Shown here in pieces: positions 62,401 to 64,000 of a stretch of 64,000 bases of DNA. The notes beneath the pieces are model-generated. The model saw only the letters and a list, made by a program, of their open reading frames with translations. It did no database searches and was not told the origin of the DNA. The position numbers and the translations under genes were made by a program. Every line of letters starts with the position of its first letter. Within the stretch, counting starts at the first letter, position 1. Source of the DNA: a virus (Duplodnaviria; Heunggongvirae; Uroviricota; Caudoviricetes); IMG/VR virus record IMGVR_UViG_3300003097_000006; one strand, given 5' to 3'.

Positions 62401-63964
62401 TCGTAGAGCTGAAGTTGAAGCTAAGGCTGCTGAGAACGCTGTTGATAATGCTGTTTCTGGTAAGTCAGACGGCACAGTAGTTGACCCAGAAGTTACTATT
62501 GAGGCAATGAAGAAAGACTTTATCTCGAAGGGTGTTTCTGAAGAGACCTTTGCTGAGGCTAGAACTAAGGCAGCACAGGATTTGGGAGAAGATTACACAC
62601 CGACTCAATTGGCGAACGTAGTTAAAGTTCTGGCAAGAGAGAAGGCCGCTAAGGCGCGTGAAGCTGCTAAGGCAGGCAAGAAGGGTGAAAGTAAGACAGT
62701 TCGTCCAACTAAGGCTGAAAAAGGCCCAGAACGCACTATGGAGAACTCTTGGAATGACATTAACAAATACGCTAAAGATAGCGGTGTTGATACAGACCCA
62801 GAGGTCCAGAAGGCTATCAGAGAAGCTATGAATGCTGGTAACAGATTACGCTCCACGTTTGCACCACTGAGTGATGCTGCTGAACGTAAACTGTATAACC
62901 TGATTGATAGAACTGCTGATAATGCTAACAGGTCTCCAGAGCAGGCTCGTACAATGCAAACTTCATGGGATGAGATTAATGGTTATGCCCAGGCACTTGG
63001 TGTTGAAGGTGAACCTGAAATCCGCAAAGCCCTTAAAAAGGCTATGAACCCAGGTAACAAGAAACGTTCTGCATTTGGCCCATTAAGCCAGTCAAAAGAG
63101 CGTGAAATGTACAACATGATTGACGACTTCATCAAAGGTCAGGAAGAAGCTTATGAGGCCGCTTTGGCGAGACCTAAAACTGAGCAGCCTGCTGAACTGG
63201 GTGAATGGCGTAAGAAAGTTGCAGACCTGAAGAAACGCCGTGCAAGAGTTTCAAACTTCAATGAATGGCAGAATCAGAAAGCCAATGCTCGTAAAAAGGC
63301 TGCGGAAGAAAAGATTCGTCAGGAAGATATTCGTAAGGAGAGACTTGAAGCAGAAGCGAAGAAGGCAGAGGAAGAGGCTTCTAAGGCTGACCAAGTTGTA
63401 GAAAACCTGGAAAAAGCCAAAGAGAGGCAGATTGAGGATGCTAAAGAAGCAGTTAGAGAAGAGTTTGCTGACAAGCAGCTCGACAATGATGTAATCACTG
63501 AAGCGGGTACTAATCTGTTTGAGAAACTGGCTGATAAGGTGCATAACACTGACTCACCAGATTACGTCAAACTCAAAGCTGTTATGGATGTAATCTCTGA
63601 AAACTTGACCACTGGCCCGTTCCGTAAAGGCGAGCGTGACCCTCAGAGAGCACTTTTTAACGCTCAGAAAGCTTTGTTTGATGGTTTACAGCGTAAAGCT
63701 GAATTCCCTAACAATCCAGAACTCTGGTTATCTACCACTGAACGTAACGCTATCGGTGAAGCCTACACCGGTAAAGTTGGTTCTAAAGATTATGGTAGTA
63801 TGTATCAGAAACTTCGTTCTGGTCTGTTCGAAGATGAAAACACTCGTGAATACGTACACCTGCCAATCGAAGCGATTAATAAGAAGATTAAAAATCTTCG
63901 TAAACGCAGAGAAGGTGCTCGTGACCTGAGTGAGGGTGCAATCAACGTTCAAGATATTAAGTAA
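59438..63964 (+). CDS. very large internal virion or ejection protein (1508 aa) with a Gly/Ala-rich N-terminus, ARV(D/E)SQRR(A/T)P repeats and long charged coiled coils
   Basis: Three copies of NARV(D/E)xxRRxP lie within about 300 nt (61650-61990). No tail tube, sheath or tape-measure genes precede it, which fits a short-tailed virion with large core proteins. Confidence 0.65.
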   Translation: MNLVTDPELLKELNSGFGELPSSPSVSPQGETTPDTQTQSAPQEGRSWGLYNQEDGSIMDAIGSGLTRLGRATAAGFVPSGDDDMSDYAISRARIASQENKQDMDKLGYAGQVAAGAATYAPVIAAGLANPVAGAAMMGSATTADALASQIDNNQDVNLDDAIGAGIVSAGADLATMGVASKGMDIAKTLTSPLRRGAAGTAVQAAQGASSNAASQVAVNLASGRPWNEGLEEAAGIGAVAGGGLHASLAGLNYRTGTPKNQGGQKAIEDQVKFETKSGIQPSNDYRNQVYEYGNKRHEYDTDIDNIDIDDLKTLDTAVKAKVGLSMENGTATAVQDAAKVYEKFKFPNTINIWDISAGHGIASPETGNIARDWFKATPQELSDAGESITRARQTMTGRAKAREAGEFDTAFSEKLKNSYDEAQTDMYNRAKSNHNLIETIRANSRDAERGMKDNLTDLSRSLDSYQKMVRDANNGHAPDLDTLRRTSEDIERLSKLTGTRDQLKSLIGDSERFDPVSNLQTALIVAKGTKKLDTSIQNANPNSMKVSSAAGNMIDAASVATGQFWIPMVRHTAKEIGGKMSQRRLRKAKEAGSEMTRSLAQEPAGFRNRAAEAGDFKGGAAEAAADLESMGINTGGAKQQVEKDVWGREVEQPTQSQDMPPPAEPIPETAPVAPQEPELDVWGRPKEFTDLTGRNVRDAEAEAIARRQAEEAAANEPTPVDPEVLAAERARQAAALSQDARVDSQRRAPVQEVEPEPAPVRSEEEIAAEADRIRAEEEAAFSAREQEIASRNADNAANARVESQRRTPQEQPATTPEEAEALAQALVESNRRKTENARVDNARRAPKEETTTEPTQEAPRATEEAETPEAKAEPEKVTEPELESEKQGVKSSELVRRPISDRLDEIKNLPAKEKNTMPVINETQRLRRQLKEVNKAVSNRATAQSIPEENVWRIIERQGGIDEVFANGNSAERGLNLLLQKDKVEVARRAEVEAKAAENAVDNAVSGKSDGTVVDPEVTIEAMKKDFISKGVSEETFAEARTKAAQDLGEDYTPTQLANVVKVLAREKAAKAREAAKAGKKGESKTVRPTKAEKGPERTMENSWNDINKYAKDSGVDTDPEVQKAIREAMNAGNRLRSTFAPLSDAAERKLYNLIDRTADNANRSPEQARTMQTSWDEINGYAQALGVEGEPEIRKALKKAMNPGNKKRSAFGPLSQSKEREMYNMIDDFIKGQEEAYEAALARPKTEQPAELGEWRKKVADLKKRRARVSNFNEWQNQKANARKKAAEEKIRQEDIRKERLEAEAKKAEEEASKADQVVENLEKAKERQIEDAKEAVREEFADKQLDNDVITEAGTNLFEKLADKVHNTDSPDYVKLKAVMDVISENLTTGPFRKGERDPQRALFNAQKALFDGLQRKAEFPNNPELWLSTTERNAIGEAYTGKVGSKDYGSMYQKLRSGLFEDENTREYVHLPIEAINKKIKNLRKRREGARDLSEGAINVQDIK

Positions 63965-63982
63965 TTGTAAGGAAGGTGTGTG

Positions 63983-64000
63983 ATGGGCACTAATATAATT
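63983..64000 (+). CDS. start of next gene, runs off the window end
   Basis: A GGAAGG ribosome-binding site followed by ATG GGC ACT AAT ATA ATT. Confidence 0.3.

Noticed and set aside
1-64000. CRISPR arrays, integrase or attachment sites, transposases, rRNA
   Set aside because: No evenly spaced repeat-spacer arrays, no tyrosine- or serine-recombinase-like ORFs, and no IS-like inverted repeats were seen. The repeats found are short regulatory-type motifs.

Overview
This window reads as a large fraction of a lytic dsDNA phage genome with no sign of host chromosome. A central ORF-free region of about 2.9 kb (about 33.9-36.85 kb) separates two divergently transcribed blocks.

The left block (1-33.9 kb, minus strand) is a dense early/metabolic/accessory region:
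- Five peptide/metabolite-synthesis enzymes sit at the left edge. They are a gamma-glutamyl-cyclotransferase-like protein, an ATP-grasp ligase, a class-II glutamine amidotransferase fused to a zinc-ribbon array, and two glutamine-synthetase-fold amidoligases.
- An NAD+ salvage pair follows, nicotinamide phosphoribosyltransferase (NAMPT) plus ribose-phosphate pyrophosphokinase (Prs, PRPP synthetase).
- An AAA ATPase, an SPFH/band-7 protein and a small membrane peptide form an apparent operon.
- The block also holds a ProQ/FinO-domain protein, a DksA/TraR zinc-finger protein and an HNH endonuclease.
- A candidate lysis module (SleB-like cell-wall hydrolase with membrane proteins), many small zinc-ribbon and membrane ORFs, and several minus-strand tRNA or tRNA-like genes are also present.

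The right block (36.86-64 kb, plus strand) is a structural/packaging module:
- Putative small terminase, a cluster of 8 plus-strand tRNAs, large terminase, portal and scaffold.
- A lambda-gpE-like major capsid gene, immediately followed after a strong terminator by a diverged paralog carrying C-terminal Ig-like domains.
- Several tail-fibre or tailspike-like proteins and very large low-complexity proteins typical of internal or ejection proteins of a short-tailed phage.

Recurrent sequence motifs are:
- a 20-bp promoter-like box present four times;
- an exact 12-mer present four times on the minus strand;
- iteron-like repeats and a G9 tract in the central non-coding region;
- a conserved hairpin present twice.

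All functional calls come from motif reading by eye and gene context. No database search or tRNA scan was possible.
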